Counted from the stretch's first letter, positions 44,299 to 54,536 are shown. The stretch: DNA of 64,000 nucleotides from Candidatus Sericytochromatia bacterium (GCA_035285125.1 JAYKHR010000048.1:128765-192764), one strand, 5' to 3'. Notes: generated by a model not told the origin, from the sequence alone. Numbers and translations are program-made.

Positions 44299-45258
44299 GT
44301 GACGGCCCCGCACATCGTCTTTCTGGATCGCGCCACCCTGCCAGTCCCGATGCGCAGGCCGTCGTTCTCGCACACGTGGGAGGAGTTCCCCCACACCACG
44401 GCAGACGCGGTCGCCCATCGGCTGCAGAGGGCCACCATCGCGATCCTCAACAAGGTCCCTCTGACGGCCGCCACCCTGGCCGCTTGTCCCTCACTGAAGC
44501 TGGTGGGGATCGCCGCGACGGGGACGGACGTGGTGGACGTCGCCGCTTGCGCCGCCGCCGGGGTCTCCGTGGTGAACGTGCGGGGCTATGCGGGGGGGGC
44601 CGTGGCCGAGCACGTGTTCACACTGATGCTGGCCCTCCGACGCAGCCTGTTCGCCTACCAGGCAGCCGCCACTGACGGGACCTGGCCGGGGGGCCGCACG
44701 TTCTGCGTGCACGGGCCTCCGATCGAGGATCTGGAGGGCTCTACGCTGGGAATACTAGGCCTGGGCGTGCTTGCACAGAGCGTGATATACCGGGCGCAGG
44801 CCTTCGGCATGCACGTGCTGGTTGCCGAGCGCCGGGGCGCGCCTGCGGTGCGCCCCGGGCGGACGCCCTTCGAGGAGGTCCTCGCGACCGCCGACGTGCT
44901 GAGCCTGCACTGTCCCCTGACGCCGGAGACGCGGCACCTCATCGACGCCGAGGCGCTCGCCCGGATGAAGGCGAGCGCGCTCCTGATCAACACCGCACGC
45001 GGGGCCCTGGTCGACGCCACGGCCCTGCTCGAGGCCCTGGGCTCAGGGCGGTTGGGCGGTGCAGGCATCGACGTGCTGGACTGCGAGCCCCCCCCCACGG
45101 ACCATCCCCTGCTTCGCAGCCGAGACCCGAGGCTCCTCGTCACGCCCCACGTGGCCTGGGCCAGTGCTCAGAGCATGGGGCGCTTGGGGGAACAGCTGGT
45201 GGACCTGCTGGAGGCCTGGCACCAGGGGAAACCGCGGAACCTGGTCACGCCGACTTGA
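44299..45258 (+). CDS. D-2-hydroxyacid dehydrogenase (glycerate dehydrogenase HprA-like)
   Basis: ATGTDVVD, VAEH, LHCPLTPET, INTARG and TPHVAW motifs. Confidence 0.93.
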   Translation: MTAPHIVFLDRATLPVPMRRPSFSHTWEEFPHTTADAVAHRLQRATIAILNKVPLTAATLAACPSLKLVGIAATGTDVVDVAACAAAGVSVVNVRGYAGGAVAEHVFTLMLALRRSLFAYQAAATDGTWPGGRTFCVHGPPIEDLEGSTLGILGLGVLAQSVIYRAQAFGMHVLVAERRGAPAVRPGRTPFEEVLATADVLSLHCPLTPETRHLIDAEALARMKASALLINTARGALVDATALLEALGSGRLGGAGIDVLDCEPPPTDHPLLRSRDPRLLVTPHVAWASAQSMGRLGEQLVDLLEAWHQGKPRNLVTPT

Positions 45259-45281
45259 GGTCTCGCCAGCTCAAAGCAGGA

Positions 45282-45316
45282 ACGCCCCGGAGCCTCCCTT
45301 GGGAGCTCCGGGGCGT
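45282..45316. terminator. Hairpin between convergent genes (probable bidirectional terminator)
   Basis: acgccccggagc-ctccc-tt-gggag-ctccggggcgt inverted repeat. Confidence 0.7.
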
Positions 45317-45349
45317 GACGCTTTCGCTGCGTGAGGCGCGCCGGCGTCG

Positions 45350-46579
45350 TCAGACCGTCGCAGTCAGCGCCGCAGCGGCCTGACGAAGCGCATCGGCCTT
45401 GTCGAGGCGCTCCCACGGCACGTCCACATCCGTGCGGCCGAAGTGACCATAGGCGGCCACTTGCTTGTAAAGCGGGCGTCGCAGATCCAGCATCCGGATG
45501 ATGCCGGCCGGGCGCAGGTCGAAGTGCTCGGCCACGAGCCGCTCGATCTGCTCATCGGGCACAGCGCCGGTGCCGTAGGTGTCGACGAAGATCGAGGTCG
45601 GGCGCGCGACGCCGATGGCGTAGGAGAGCTGAATCTCGACCTGCTTGGCGAGCCCGGCGGCCACGATGTTCTTCGCGACGTACCGCGCCGCGTAGGCGGC
45701 AGAGCGGTCGACCTTCGTGGGATCCTTGCCGCTGAACGCCCCGCCGCCGTGGCGGGCGTAGCCCCCGTAGGTGTCGACGATGATCTTGCGCCCCGTGAGG
45801 CCAGCATCGCCCTGGGGCCCACCGACGACAAACCGGCCGGAGGGGTTGATGAAGAAGCGCGTGTCGGCCGCAACCAGTTCGCCGGGAAGGACCGGGTCAA
45901 GCACGAGCGCCCGGAGGTCAGCCTCGATCTGCCCCTGCTCGACCGAGGGATCGTGCTGGGTCGAGATCACGACGGTGTCGATGCGCACGGGACGGCCGCC
46001 CTCGTACTCGACCGTGACCTGGGTCTTGCCGTCGGGCCGGAGGTACGAGAGGCCACCCTCCTTGCGGGCCCACGTCAACCTGCGGGCGAGCTGGTGCGCC
46101 AGCGTGATGGGGAGGGGCATAAGCTCGGGCGTCTCGTCGCAGGCGAAGCCGAACATCAGGCCCTGGTCACCCGCCCCGATCTCGTCGATGCGCTTCTCGA
46201 TCTCGGCCTCGGAAAGCCCGGAAGTCCGGAGTTCGAAGCTCCGGTCAACGGCCGCTGCAATGTCCGGGGACTGCTCATCGATGGCCGTCAGCACGGCACA
46301 GGTCTCGGCGTCGAAGCCGAACTTGGCCCGCGTGTAGCCGATGCCCCGCACGGTCTCGCGAACCAAACGGGGGATGTCGACGTAGCACTGGGTGGTGATC
46401 TCACCTGCCACCAGCACAAGGCCCGTGGTCACGCTCGTCTCGCAGGCCACGCGGGCCAGCGGATCCTGTGTGAGGATCGCATCCAGCACCGCGTCCGAGA
46501 TCTGGTCGCAGATCTTGTCGGGATGGCCTTCCGTCACCGACTCGGAGGTGAACAGATGGCGGCGGGTGGGGGTTGGCAC
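45350..46579 (-). CDS. metK: S-adenosylmethionine synthase
   Basis: [20 protein letters not shown] and GGGAFSGKD motifs; GGAGG SD before GTG. Confidence 0.98.
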   Translation of the reverse strand: MPTPTRRHLFTSESVTEGHPDKICDQISDAVLDAILTQDPLARVACETSVTTGLVLVAGEITTQCYVDIPRLVRETVRGIGYTRAKFGFDAETCAVLTAIDEQSPDIAAAVDRSFELRTSGLSEAEIEKRIDEIGAGDQGLMFGFACDETPELMPLPITLAHQLARRLTWARKEGGLSYLRPDGKTQVTVEYEGGRPVRIDTVVISTQHDPSVEQGQIEADLRALVLDPVLPGELVAADTRFFINPSGRFVVGGPQGDAGLTGRKIIVDTYGGYARHGGGAFSGKDPTKVDRSAAYAARYVAKNIVAAGLAKQVEIQLSYAIGVARPTSIFVDTYGTGAVPDEQIERLVAEHFDLRPAGIIRMLDLRRPLYKQVAAYGHFGRTDVDVPWERLDKADALRQAAAALTATV

Positions 46580-46711
46580 AGACAGGGTCCTCCAGCACAG
46601 TTGGGAGATTGTGGCCGACGCTGAAGCCCCTTCGCTGCCCGAGCGGTGCACGGTGGCAGGTGAGGTGTCCGATGGCAACCGGACACCCGGAGGCCAGCGG
46701 CGCCAGCAGCA
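46580..46711 (-). ncRNA. Candidate structured 5' leader of metK
   Basis: Nested stems: UGGC..CGCUG.GCCUC / GGGGC..CAGCG..GCCA encloses GGUGUCCGG/UCGGACACC and CUGCC/GGCAG hairpins. Confidence 0.45.
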
Positions 46712-46717
46712 GCGTTC

Positions 46718-46746
46718 AACGTAACACACGCCGGGAATGCCGTCAA
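46718..46746 (-). promoter_or_regulatory. sigma70-type promoter of metK
   Basis: Minus strand reads TTGACG-N17-TACGTT with an extended TG. Confidence 0.7.
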
Positions 46747-46992
46747 ACTGCCCTTCCTGGCGTCTGACAGCCGTCGCGGACGGTGCTGCAAGCAGGCGCC
46801 CGATGGCCCCGCCGAAGGCCACGTCCACGACAGGCTTGGCTGCGACCAGCGGGCCTCCGCCGGGGGGCGCAATGACGGCGCCAGGAAGGCCGTTCCGCAA
46901 CATAGCCCGGCAAGCGGTTTTCGGACGGGTGGTGGCCTGGCGACCAAAAAACTGCACGCAGCGTGATGTCCCCGCCGCCAAAGCGGGATGCC

Positions 46993-48345
46993 TCAGCCGG
47001 CCCCCGGGAAGCTCTGCGTCGTGATGCTCTGGAACTTGGTGAGGTTCTTCTCGAAGAAGAGCTCCACGTGACCCACCGGGCCGTTGCGGTGCTTCGCGAT
47101 GATGACCTCGGCAGTGGACTTCTTGTCGGTGTCCGGGTTGTAGTACTCGTCCCGGTAGATGAACATCACGATGTCCGCATCCTGCTCGATGCTGCCGCTC
47201 TCGCGCAGGTCGGACAGCATCGGGCGCTTGTTCGGGCGGCTCTCGACCGCGCGGCTGAGCTGCGACAGGGCCACCACCGGAACGCGCAGCTCCCGCGCCA
47301 GTTGCTTCAGGCCGCGCGAGATGGCGCCCATCGCCGCAGCGCGGTTGTCGTCCTTCGTGGAGGCCGTGCCAGACGACATCAGCTGCAAGTAGTCCACCAT
47401 GATGAGGCCCAGCTCGCCCGTCTCAGCCATCACGCGCCGGGCCGTGGAGCGAAGCTCCGCGACGGTGAGCGCGCCGGCATCGTGGATGAAAATGGGGGTC
47501 TCGGACAGGAGGCCGATGGCCTGCACCAGCTTCGCCCAGTCCGGCTCGGCGAGGAAGCCCGTGCGCAGCCGGTGGGAGTCGATGCCGGCCTCCGCACACA
47601 GCAGGCGCTGCACAAGCTGCTCCTTGCCCATCTCCAGCGAGTAGATCAACACGGGCTTGTTGGTCTCGACCGCCACGTTGCGGCAGAAGTTCAGGGCCAG
47701 GCTGGTCTTGCCCATCGCGGGGCGCGCGGCGAGGATCAGCAGGTCGCTCGGCTGGAAGCCGTTGAGCATCCCGTCCAGGTCGTAAAAGCCCGTGGGGTTG
47801 CCCAGCAGCGTGTGCTTGTCGTGGTAGCGGGTCTCGATGGTCTCGAAGGTCTCGTTGATGACGTCCTTGATCGGCGTCATCGCGCCCGTCTGCCGCCGCT
47901 GCCCCACCTCCAGGATGGACCGCTCCGCGCTGTCCAGAATGGTCTCGACGTCCTCTTCCTCGGCGAACGCTCCGGCGACGATCTCCGTCCCCACGCGAAT
48001 CAGCTGCCGCAGCACGGCCTTGTCGGCGACGATCTTGCCATAGTACTCCGCGTGCGCGGTGGTGGGGATCGAGGCCGCAAGATCGACGAGGTAGCCATAG
48101 CCACCCACGTCCTCGAGGCGCGTGCCCAGCTCATCACGCAGCGTGATGAGATCGACGGGCTCGCCCCGCTCGTAGAGCGCCCGCACGCCCTCGAAGATGA
48201 GGCCGTGGGCCTGCCGGTAGAAGCTCTCCGGCGTGAGCACCTGCGAGACGCGCGCGATGGCTTCCCGATCGACCATCATGGCCGCCAGGACGGCCTGCTC
48301 AGCCTCCAGGTTGTGCGGGGGAACCCGCTCGATGACGTCCTTCAT
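46993..48345 (-). CDS. dnaB: Replicative DNA helicase
   Basis: [28 protein letters not shown] and [14 protein letters not shown] motifs; no intein. Confidence 0.98.
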   Translation of the reverse strand: MKDVIERVPPHNLEAEQAVLAAMMVDREAIARVSQVLTPESFYRQAHGLIFEGVRALYERGEPVDLITLRDELGTRLEDVGGYGYLVDLAASIPTTAHAEYYGKIVADKAVLRQLIRVGTEIVAGAFAEEEDVETILDSAERSILEVGQRRQTGAMTPIKDVINETFETIETRYHDKHTLLGNPTGFYDLDGMLNGFQPSDLLILAARPAMGKTSLALNFCRNVAVETNKPVLIYSLEMGKEQLVQRLLCAEAGIDSHRLRTGFLAEPDWAKLVQAIGLLSETPIFIHDAGALTVAELRSTARRVMAETGELGLIMVDYLQLMSSGTASTKDDNRAAAMGAISRGLKQLARELRVPVVALSQLSRAVESRPNKRPMLSDLRESGSIEQDADIVMFIYRDEYYNPDTDKKSTAEVIIAKHRNGPVGHVELFFEKNLTKFQSITTQSFPGAG

Positions 48346-48388
48346 GGGCTAGACCCCGCGGCGTGAGACCCTCGACGGGCCGGACGCC

Positions 48389-48838
48389 TCAGGCCTCTTC
48401 CTGGACCGACACGGACATCTTGGCCACGACGGTGGGGTGCAGCTTCACCGCGAACGGGTGGGTGCCGAGCGTCTTGATGTGCTCGGGCAGATCGATCTTC
48501 CGCTTGTCCACCTCGAGCCCCGTCTGCAGTTGGATGGCGTGGGCGAGTTCCTTGGCGGTGATCGTCCCGTAAAGCCGCCCCATCTCGCCCACCTTGTGGC
48601 GCACCACGATCTTGGCGGCCTCGAGCTGCTTGGCCGTGTCCTGAGCCTGCGCCTTCAGGCGCTCCTCGCGACGCTGCTCGGCCTTCTTGCGCTCCTCGAC
48701 CTGCTTGAGCGCCGCCGGCGTCGCCTCGGTCGCGAGCTGGCGGGGAAACAGGAAGTTGCGGGCATAGCCCTCGGTCACGTCCACGAGGGCTCCGGCCTTG
48801 CCGAGATCCTTCACGTCCTTGTTCAAAATGACCTTCAC
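48389..48838 (-). CDS. rplI: 50S ribosomal protein L9
   Basis: [16 protein letters not shown]...[15 protein letters not shown] -10 at 48880-48885. Confidence 0.97.
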   Translation of the reverse strand: MKVILNKDVKDLGKAGALVDVTEGYARNFLFPRQLATEATPAALKQVEERKKAEQRREERLKAQAQDTAKQLEAAKIVVRHKVGEMGRLYGTITAKELAHAIQLQTGLEVDKRKIDLPEHIKTLGTHPFAVKLHPTVVAKMSVSVQEEA

Positions 48839-48959
48839 GGGGTTCCTCCCTCAAACGGCTACGGCCCACGGGCGGCCAGATTATACAACGTTCCGGGGCC
48901 AGCCCGTCGCCTTCCACCCTCGGTTGGGGTAGGCTTTAGCGACCCCCGAGGAGGACCCC

Positions 48960-49148
48960 ATGCTCACCACCGTCACAGGCCTGATGATCCTCACGTCCCT
49001 GGTCAGCATCGCCGCCAACCGCAGCCAGTGGGATGCCTACCAGCAGGGCAAGCTGACGCGCGGACAGATCGTGAACCGCATCACGACCACGGTGTTCGTG
49101 GTGCTCGGCACCTTGGCGTTGCTGATCGCCAAAATGTCAGGGCTGTGA
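48960..49148 (+). CDS. Small two-TM membrane protein
   Basis: Strong GAGGAGG SD; two hydrophobic segments in 62 aa. Confidence 0.7.
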   Translation: MLTTVTGLMILTSLVSIAANRSQWDAYQQGKLTRGQIVNRITTTVFVVLGTLALLIAKMSGL

Positions 49149-49688
49149 GGGCGCAGCGGCGTCGACGAACGTAAACCCCAGGCCACCTTCCTGGTTGGCG
49201 ACCTGAATCTCGAGGCGCCGTTCGGTGAAGAGGAACCGCTCAGCCGTCCAGAAGTTGCTCGTGCTGGCCTGGCCCCGGATCCGGTAGACCTCGGCGGCGC
49301 GTTCCTCTCCCTGGTCGCCCTGGAACTTCCCGTCGGCGTTCACGTCGTTCCACGCCAGCACGACGTAGGTTCCCTCGGCCGTGTCGTTGCCCGGCAGGAT
49401 GGTCAAGGAGAAGGCGTTGTTGCTGGGCACCTCGACCTTGTCGAACTCCACCGTGCGACGCTCGGTGAGGTTGAAGTCCGTCTTGCCGCGGGTCTGCCCC
49501 TCGTTCGGCACCTCGATCCAGGCGAGGTAGCCCACCCGAGCGGCCGGGGGCGCGTTCTTGAGCGTGCCCGACGTGGAGAGCGGACGCAGCACCCGTTGCG
49601 CGAAGTAGCCCAGCGTGAGGGCCCCCGCGTTGCACCCGGTGAGGAGCAGCGAGGTCGCCAGAACCAAGACGGCCGGTTTCAGAAACAA
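49137..49688 (-). CDS. Hypothetical lipoprotein
   Basis: LLLTGC lipobox; YVVLAWNDVNADGK Ca-binding-like motif; probable TTG start. Confidence 0.72.
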   Translation of the reverse strand: MFLKPAVLVLATSLLLTGCNAGALTLGYFAQRVLRPLSTSGTLKNAPPAARVGYLAWIEVPNEGQTRGKTDFNLTERRTVEFDKVEVPSNNAFSLTILPGNDTAEGTYVVLAWNDVNADGKFQGDQGEERAAEVYRIRGQASTSNFWTAERFLFTERRLEIQVANQEGGLGFTFVDAAAPSQP

Positions 49689-49770
49689 GGGAGTGCCACC
49701 CTTTCTCAGCACGAGGCGAAGCCCGAAGGGCCTTCAGCGTACCACACGGCAGCACGCGCGTGTGTGACGC

Positions 49771-49800
49771 GAAACGGCCCCCCCCAGAGGAGCGGGCCGC
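49771..49800 (-). terminator. Probable intrinsic terminator
   Basis: Minus strand reads gcggccc...gggccgt followed by a short T run, just downstream of the 49825 stop. Confidence 0.45.
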
Positions 49801-49824
49801 CGTCTGTGGCCGCGCGAGCGGCGC

Positions 49825-51384
49825 TCAGAAAGAAGACGCCGGGTTGGCACCGGGGACGGCTGCGCCGCCTGGCCCGTACGAGTACGGCACAGCAGAGGTG
49901 CCCCCCATCCCGGCGCCGGCGTTGTTGGTGATCCCCCGCCAGTCGAAGGTGCGGTGGAGGATGGCCCCGCTCTCGCCCACCACGAACCCCTCGCCCTGCG
50001 GCAGGAGGTCGATGGCGTAGAAGGCCCCGCTGATGTTGCCCGAGAAGAAGTTGGTGTCGGGCTTCAGGACACCATTGACGTTGGCGAGCAGGTTGCCGAA
50101 CACGGAGCGCGGGTTGCGCTCGAAGGCCCAGTCCCGCTGACGCACCTGGCCCAGCGCCCAGCCCTCGGTGCCCGAGATCATCTCGATGTCGTTGAGGGGC
50201 ACCTGGTCGAGGCCCTCGACGGAGGCGTCGAAGCTCCCGTTCACCCACCCGTCGCGCTTGGGGTCGTATTGCAAGAAGATGCCCCGCGGGTTGATCAACA
50301 GGCTGTCGCGAACGCCGACGGCGTAGCCCTGGGTCTCGCTGAGCATCTTCACGGCCGTCAGCTCCTGGCTGTTGGTCAGGGAGACGGTGCCCCGGTTGTC
50401 CCACAGGCTCTTCTTGCTCCAGCTGCCGTTCTGGAACTTCAAGATCAGCGGCATCGTGGCCACGCCGCTCGCCTTGCCCACGGCCCAGCCGCTGCGCGAC
50501 GAGGTCATGTGGACGTCGTTCAGGCGGCCACCGGCCGGGGCAGCGGCTTGCTTCCAGCTGGTCCCGTCCCAGTGGAGGAGCAGGGCGTCTCCATCGGCCT
50601 CGCCGACGGCCCAGGCGTCCCGCTCGTTGACCACGCTGATCGCGTGCAGGGCGCCCTCGGAGACGGGCAGCGAGGCAGCCCGCCAGGCCTGGCCGTCCCA
50701 CCGCGCTGCGAAGGGAACCTTCCCGCCGCCGCGGTGGCCCACGACCCAGCCGAGCGAGCTGTTCGCGAAACCGATGCCGCGGACCGTGGCATCGCTCTGG
50801 CGGAAGGAGGGCTCCGGGCGCCAGGCGCCGTTGAGGTAGTGCAGGAGCGTCCCGCCCTCGCCGCCGGCCCACGCCTCGAACCGGCTCACCATCTTGACGG
50901 CGCGAAGGTTCGCCCCGGTGGGGGACAGGACCTGCTGCCACGCATAGCGGGCCGGCTCGATCTGAACCGTCGCCTCGGCGGCCAGCGGCCCGATCTGCGC
51001 CACCACCTTGACGGTGCCGGCTGCCAGCGGCATCAGGACGCCCTGCCGATCAACCTGCCCGAGCTCGAGGTTGGACAGGGTCCAGCTCACGAGACGCGGA
51101 TCGTTGTATACCTTGTTGTCGGAGCCCTTGACCACGACCTGGAAGCCCAGCGACTGGCCCACGCGGGCCACGGCCTGGCCCGGCTCGAGCTGGAGGCCGC
51201 GGGCCTCGACGCCGGGCGGCAGCACGGGCACGGCCTCTTGCCGGATCAGGCGGGAGCCTCCGGTGTAGTCAGTGGTGTACGGCGTCACCGGCAGGGGCTG
51301 GTACATCGGCGAGTAGCCGCAGGCGCTGGCCGCCAGGGCGGCGGCCAACGTCGAAGCGCGCTGAAGAAAAAGCTTGGAGGACAT
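49825..51384 (-). CDS. Lipoprotein with an Ig-like domain and a BNR/YCF48-like beta-propeller
   Basis: ASAC lipobox; VSWTLSN...GQVDRQG Ig-like segment; repeated L.aV....W.VG....l.hWDG..W blades. Confidence 0.8.
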   Translation of the reverse strand: MSSKLFLQRASTLAAALAASACGYSPMYQPLPVTPYTTDYTGGSRLIRQEAVPVLPPGVEARGLQLEPGQAVARVGQSLGFQVVVKGSDNKVYNDPRLVSWTLSNLELGQVDRQGVLMPLAAGTVKVVAQIGPLAAEATVQIEPARYAWQQVLSPTGANLRAVKMVSRFEAWAGGEGGTLLHYLNGAWRPEPSFRQSDATVRGIGFANSSLGWVVGHRGGGKVPFAARWDGQAWRAASLPVSEGALHAISVVNERDAWAVGEADGDALLLHWDGTSWKQAAAPAGGRLNDVHMTSSRSGWAVGKASGVATMPLILKFQNGSWSKKSLWDNRGTVSLTNSQELTAVKMLSETQGYAVGVRDSLLINPRGIFLQYDPKRDGWVNGSFDASVEGLDQVPLNDIEMISGTEGWALGQVRQRDWAFERNPRSVFGNLLANVNGVLKPDTNFFSGNISGAFYAIDLLPQGEGFVVGESGAILHRTFDWRGITNNAGAGMGGTSAVPYSYGPGGAAVPGANPASSF

Positions 51385-51789
51385 CACCTTGCACCTCGGG
51401 ACAACCGTTAAAAAGCTGTGCGTGGCACCGAGGGTTTTATGGCGGGAAGCCACCTGAACCTGACGTTAAGCTTTGAGAAAATGGCGCTTAATCGCGACCG
51501 GAAAGGTCCACCGCCGTGGGCTTGCCCCCGCCCTGCCCTCACCGCGCGCAAGTCGGGCCGGGTTGCCGTGCCGCTGATCACGAAGCGGCCACCACCTGAT
51601 ACAACTGTGGCGTGTCCGGGGTATGATACCACCGGCATGTGGTGACATATGCCCTTGCTCAGCGAAGGGGATGCGCGTCGGCCCAGGATGAGGCCAGCAA
51701 CGTCATCCACGGCCCGGGATGGACCCCTGGCATCGCGGCGGTACCGGTCGGCCAGCCAGGCCGCGCCGTTCTCCGAAAGGAAGGATCCC

Positions 51790-53484
51790 ATGCAAGCGAA
51801 CAACATCTCAGCCTCGAATCGCGTGCGACTCGACCAGCTTGAGCCCCTTTCGCCGCAAAGGCCAATGGCCCCACCGGCGCCTCCGCCTGAAGGCCGCGCG
51901 GCCCCGGCCCAGGCCCCTTCGCTGGCTCAGGGACCCGCCTCGGCCTTCGCACGCGACCTCGATGAGTCCTTCCGCTCGCTCCGAACCCGCCTCGACGAGG
52001 CGCCGCTCGGGGGTGGCTTCAGTTTCAGGCCGCCGGCGCTGGAGGTTCGCACCGACGTCCTGCGCATTCAGCCCATCGAGATGTCGGGACCGAGCCCGCA
52101 GCAAGCCGCTCAAAGTAGGCCTCTGCCGCCGGGCGGCATGGACGACGTACGCCTCCAGCCGCCAGCGGGCGCGGTCTCCGGGGCGGTGCCAGCCGGGCCC
52201 GAGGCGTTCCGCATTCAACCTGAGGGGACGGAGGGCAGCCAGCCAGCCCCCTCCCGAGACGAGGCGGTCCGCCTCCAGCCCCCCGCGGACAGGTTCGGCC
52301 AGATGCCGCCCTCCCGGGAGGCGCTGTTCCGCATCCAGCCCCTCGAGGAGGAGCCCGCGGAGGAGCGGGAGGCCCCCAGCGTGAACCGGACGCAGCGGCC
52401 CATGTCGGAGGGCCTTGCGGGCCCCGCCCCGGGGGCGCGCTCGATGACCGGGCAGCAAGACGGCGAGGTCGCCCCGGAGGACGAACCCGGTGGTGCGGCC
52501 ACCCCTCGCCCGGCGCAACTCGAGGATGCGCCACTCGGCACCCTGGCCGGGGCGACCTCGGTTCAGGCCCCCGGCGGGCGCTTCCAGCTCGACGTCAACG
52601 GTCAGACGCTCACCTTCAGGGCCGAGCAGCCGCTTGGCGACCTGGTCTCCCGCCTCTCCGGGCCTGGCACTGGCGCCCAGGCCTCCCTCGACCCGCGCGG
52701 CCAGCTGGCCGTGAGGAGCACGGGCGCAGAAGAGCTCTCGATCACCGACCGGCGCGGCAACCTGGCCGGCGGCCTGGGCATCGAGGTCACGCCGTCAGAA
52801 AACACCAACGCCGCGCTGACCCGAGACCTGCAGGATTTCGCGAGCGGCCTCAGCCGTGCCATCAACCTGATCGAGACCGAGATCGGGCAGGGGGCCGAGT
52901 CCGAGCTTCAAGGCGTCCTGCGGGACCTCGAAGGAGCCCTCAACAGCCTCTTCACGCCCTCCATTGACGGCAGCCTGCAGAGCCTCGGGGACCTGGGGTT
53001 CCGCCGAGAGGGCGGAGAGGTCGTCGTCGACCAGGCCCGCCTACAGGCGCTGGTCTCGGCCCGCCCCGACGAGGTCAACCGGGTGGTGGGCGCCGTCGGC
53101 GACAACGCGCAGCCCATCTTGCAAAGCGGGGAGCGCGTTGCGCAGACCCTCGACACCGCCCTGCCGGAGGCCCGCAGGGCCGGCCAGGACGCCCGGGTGC
53201 GCGCTGAGGTGGTGCGCCTGCAGGTCAGGCAGCAGACCCTCACGCTCGACCGGGTGGCCGCCGAGGGCCTGCGCCAGCGCGTGGCCCGGCAGTCCGAGGC
53301 CCTCGGACGCATCGCCGAGTCGCTGGCGGCGCAGGTGCCAAGCGGCCTGCCGTCACCTTCCGAGGAAGCTTTGCAGTTCACCCGCACCCTGCCGGAGACG
53401 CGGCCGCGCCCCCGGCCGGTCTCCTCCTACCGCCTCCCCGTGCCCAACGCAGCCCGGGGCGGGATTGTGGGGCCAGGCACCTGA
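51790..53484 (+). CDS. Orphan FliD-like protein with an N-terminal Pro-rich repeat region
   Basis: C-terminal half (DVNGQTL...LGDLVSRL...GAQASL; LQDFASG; LQSLGDLGF...VVVDQARLQAL...PDEV) resembles the flagellar cap FliD; AAGGA SD. Confidence 0.55.
   Translation: MQANNISASNRVRLDQLEPLSPQRPMAPPAPPPEGRAAPAQAPSLAQGPASAFARDLDESFRSLRTRLDEAPLGGGFSFRPPALEVRTDVLRIQPIEMSGPSPQQAAQSRPLPPGGMDDVRLQPPAGAVSGAVPAGPEAFRIQPEGTEGSQPAPSRDEAVRLQPPADRFGQMPPSREALFRIQPLEEEPAEEREAPSVNRTQRPMSEGLAGPAPGARSMTGQQDGEVAPEDEPGGAATPRPAQLEDAPLGTLAGATSVQAPGGRFQLDVNGQTLTFRAEQPLGDLVSRLSGPGTGAQASLDPRGQLAVRSTGAEELSITDRRGNLAGGLGIEVTPSENTNAALTRDLQDFASGLSRAINLIETEIGQGAESELQGVLRDLEGALNSLFTPSIDGSLQSLGDLGFRREGGEVVVDQARLQALVSARPDEVNRVVGAVGDNAQPILQSGERVAQTLDTALPEARRAGQDARVRAEVVRLQVRQQTLTLDRVAAEGLRQRVARQSEALGRIAESLAAQVPSGLPSPSEEALQFTRTLPETRPRPRPVSSYRLPVPNAARGGIVGPGT
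52054..52350 (+). repeat. Five R(I/L)QP motifs, the last four at an exact 60-nt period
   Basis: cgc(a/c)t(t/c)ca(g/a)cc at 52063, 52150, 52210, 52270 and 52330. Confidence 0.85.
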
Positions 53485-53502
53485 GCCCCCGACGCGCTGG
53501 GG

Positions 53503-53508
53503 TATGAT
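53503..53508 (+). promoter_or_regulatory. -10 element for a probably leaderless precursor transcript
   Basis: TATGAT lies 6 nt before ATG 53515, with no SD. Confidence 0.55.
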
Positions 53509-53514
53509 GTCGGC

Positions 53515-53673
53515 ATGACCTCACCTGACGACCGCGCCGAAGGCGCCCAACCTCGCAAGCCCTACGACAAACCGCGCCTCGAGTCCCACCGGGTGTTCGA
53601 GGTGTCGCTCTCGTGCGTGAAGATCCCGGGTGCGCCCAGTTGCGCGTGGAACGTCACGAGAGTTCGGAGTTGA
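53515..53673 (+). CDS. Putative RiPP precursor peptide (52 aa; absent from the ORF track)
   Basis: MTSPDDRAEGAQPRKPYDKPRLESHRVFEVSLSCVKIPGAPSCAWNVTRVRS; YxxPxL RRE-binding motif; the stop overlaps the next start (TTGA). Confidence 0.82.
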   Translation: MTSPDDRAEGAQPRKPYDKPRLESHRVFEVSLSCVKIPGAPSCAWNVTRVRS

Positions 53674-54536
53674 CCACCGCCGGCGCAGCCCGGTTGGTCG
53701 TCGTCGCAGGGGTTCGGCTCCGGGTGGAGCTTCCGGCCGAGGCCTGGTGGCCGGCCGTGGAAGAGAGACTCGGCGCCTTCGTGGTCGCCGACACCGGGGG
53801 CCATACCGACGGCGACATGCGCCTGGTGCTCACGCCCGGCGGTCCCGTGCTGTCCGAACCGGAGCCGCGGCTCTATCAGGATGCCACCGGGCAGCACCTG
53901 GCCTTCGACCAGTTCCATGGCGTGGTCGGGCTGACGGGCCGGGCAGTGCTGAGCCTGAGCGAAAGCGGCCCGATGGCCCGTGACGCCACCTACGTCATGG
54001 CGTTGGACAGCCTGCTGCGCATCCAGCTGGCTCAGCGGCTGGCTGCGCTGGACGGCCTGCTGATGCACGCCGCGGGCATCGTGGGGCCTGGCCGCCGCGG
54101 GGCTGTCTTCTTCGGCCCCTCTGGCAGCGGCAAGACGACGATGTGCCGGCTCTCCGCCTCGCGGTTCCCGATCCTGTGCGACGAGGTGGTCGCGATCAGG
54201 CTCCACGACGGCAGCCCGGTCCTCTACGGCACGCCGTTTGCCGGGGCCTGGGGCAAGAGCATCGCGGACGCCTGCCCGCTGGACGGGCTGTTCAGGCTGC
54301 GCCACGCCCCGAAGACCACGATCGCGCCGCTGGCACCGGCCCGGGCCGTTCGCGAAATCCTCGAATCCACCGTATATTACGATCGGTCTCCTGGCGGCCT
54401 GATGCGGGCCCTTGCGCTCGTGCAGTCGCTCACGGAGGCGGTGCCAGCCGTGGAGCTGGCCTTCGAGCCCAAGGAGCAGGTATGGGAGACACTGTCGGCG
54501 CGCCGCTGGGAGCCCTCACCCGGCCTCCCGCGTTGA
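53670..54536 (+). CDS. HPr-kinase-like P-loop protein (RiPP-associated kinase family)
   Basis: LMHAAGI, FFGPSGSGKTT, ILCDEVVAI and YGTPFAG motifs. Confidence 0.82.
   Translation: MTTAGAARLVVVAGVRLRVELPAEAWWPAVEERLGAFVVADTGGHTDGDMRLVLTPGGPVLSEPEPRLYQDATGQHLAFDQFHGVVGLTGRAVLSLSESGPMARDATYVMALDSLLRIQLAQRLAALDGLLMHAAGIVGPGRRGAVFFGPSGSGKTTMCRLSASRFPILCDEVVAIRLHDGSPVLYGTPFAGAWGKSIADACPLDGLFRLRHAPKTTIAPLAPARAVREILESTVYYDRSPGGLMRALALVQSLTEAVPAVELAFEPKEQVWETLSARRWEPSPGLPR

Noticed and set aside
46580..46711. Canonical SAM-I (S-box) riboswitch
   Set aside because: GGCAACC occurs only on the non-coding strand; the AUC...GAU P1 and kink-turn consensus are not found on the sense strand.
52054..52350. 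CRISPR array
   Set aside because: The 60-nt-period units are short, degenerate at wobble positions, in-frame within a CDS, and there are no cas genes.
53515..53673. Lasso peptide assignment for the precursor
   Set aside because: YxxPxL is present, but there is no suitably placed Thr(-2), no Asp/Glu ring acceptor in the putative core, and no cyclase or B2 protease nearby.
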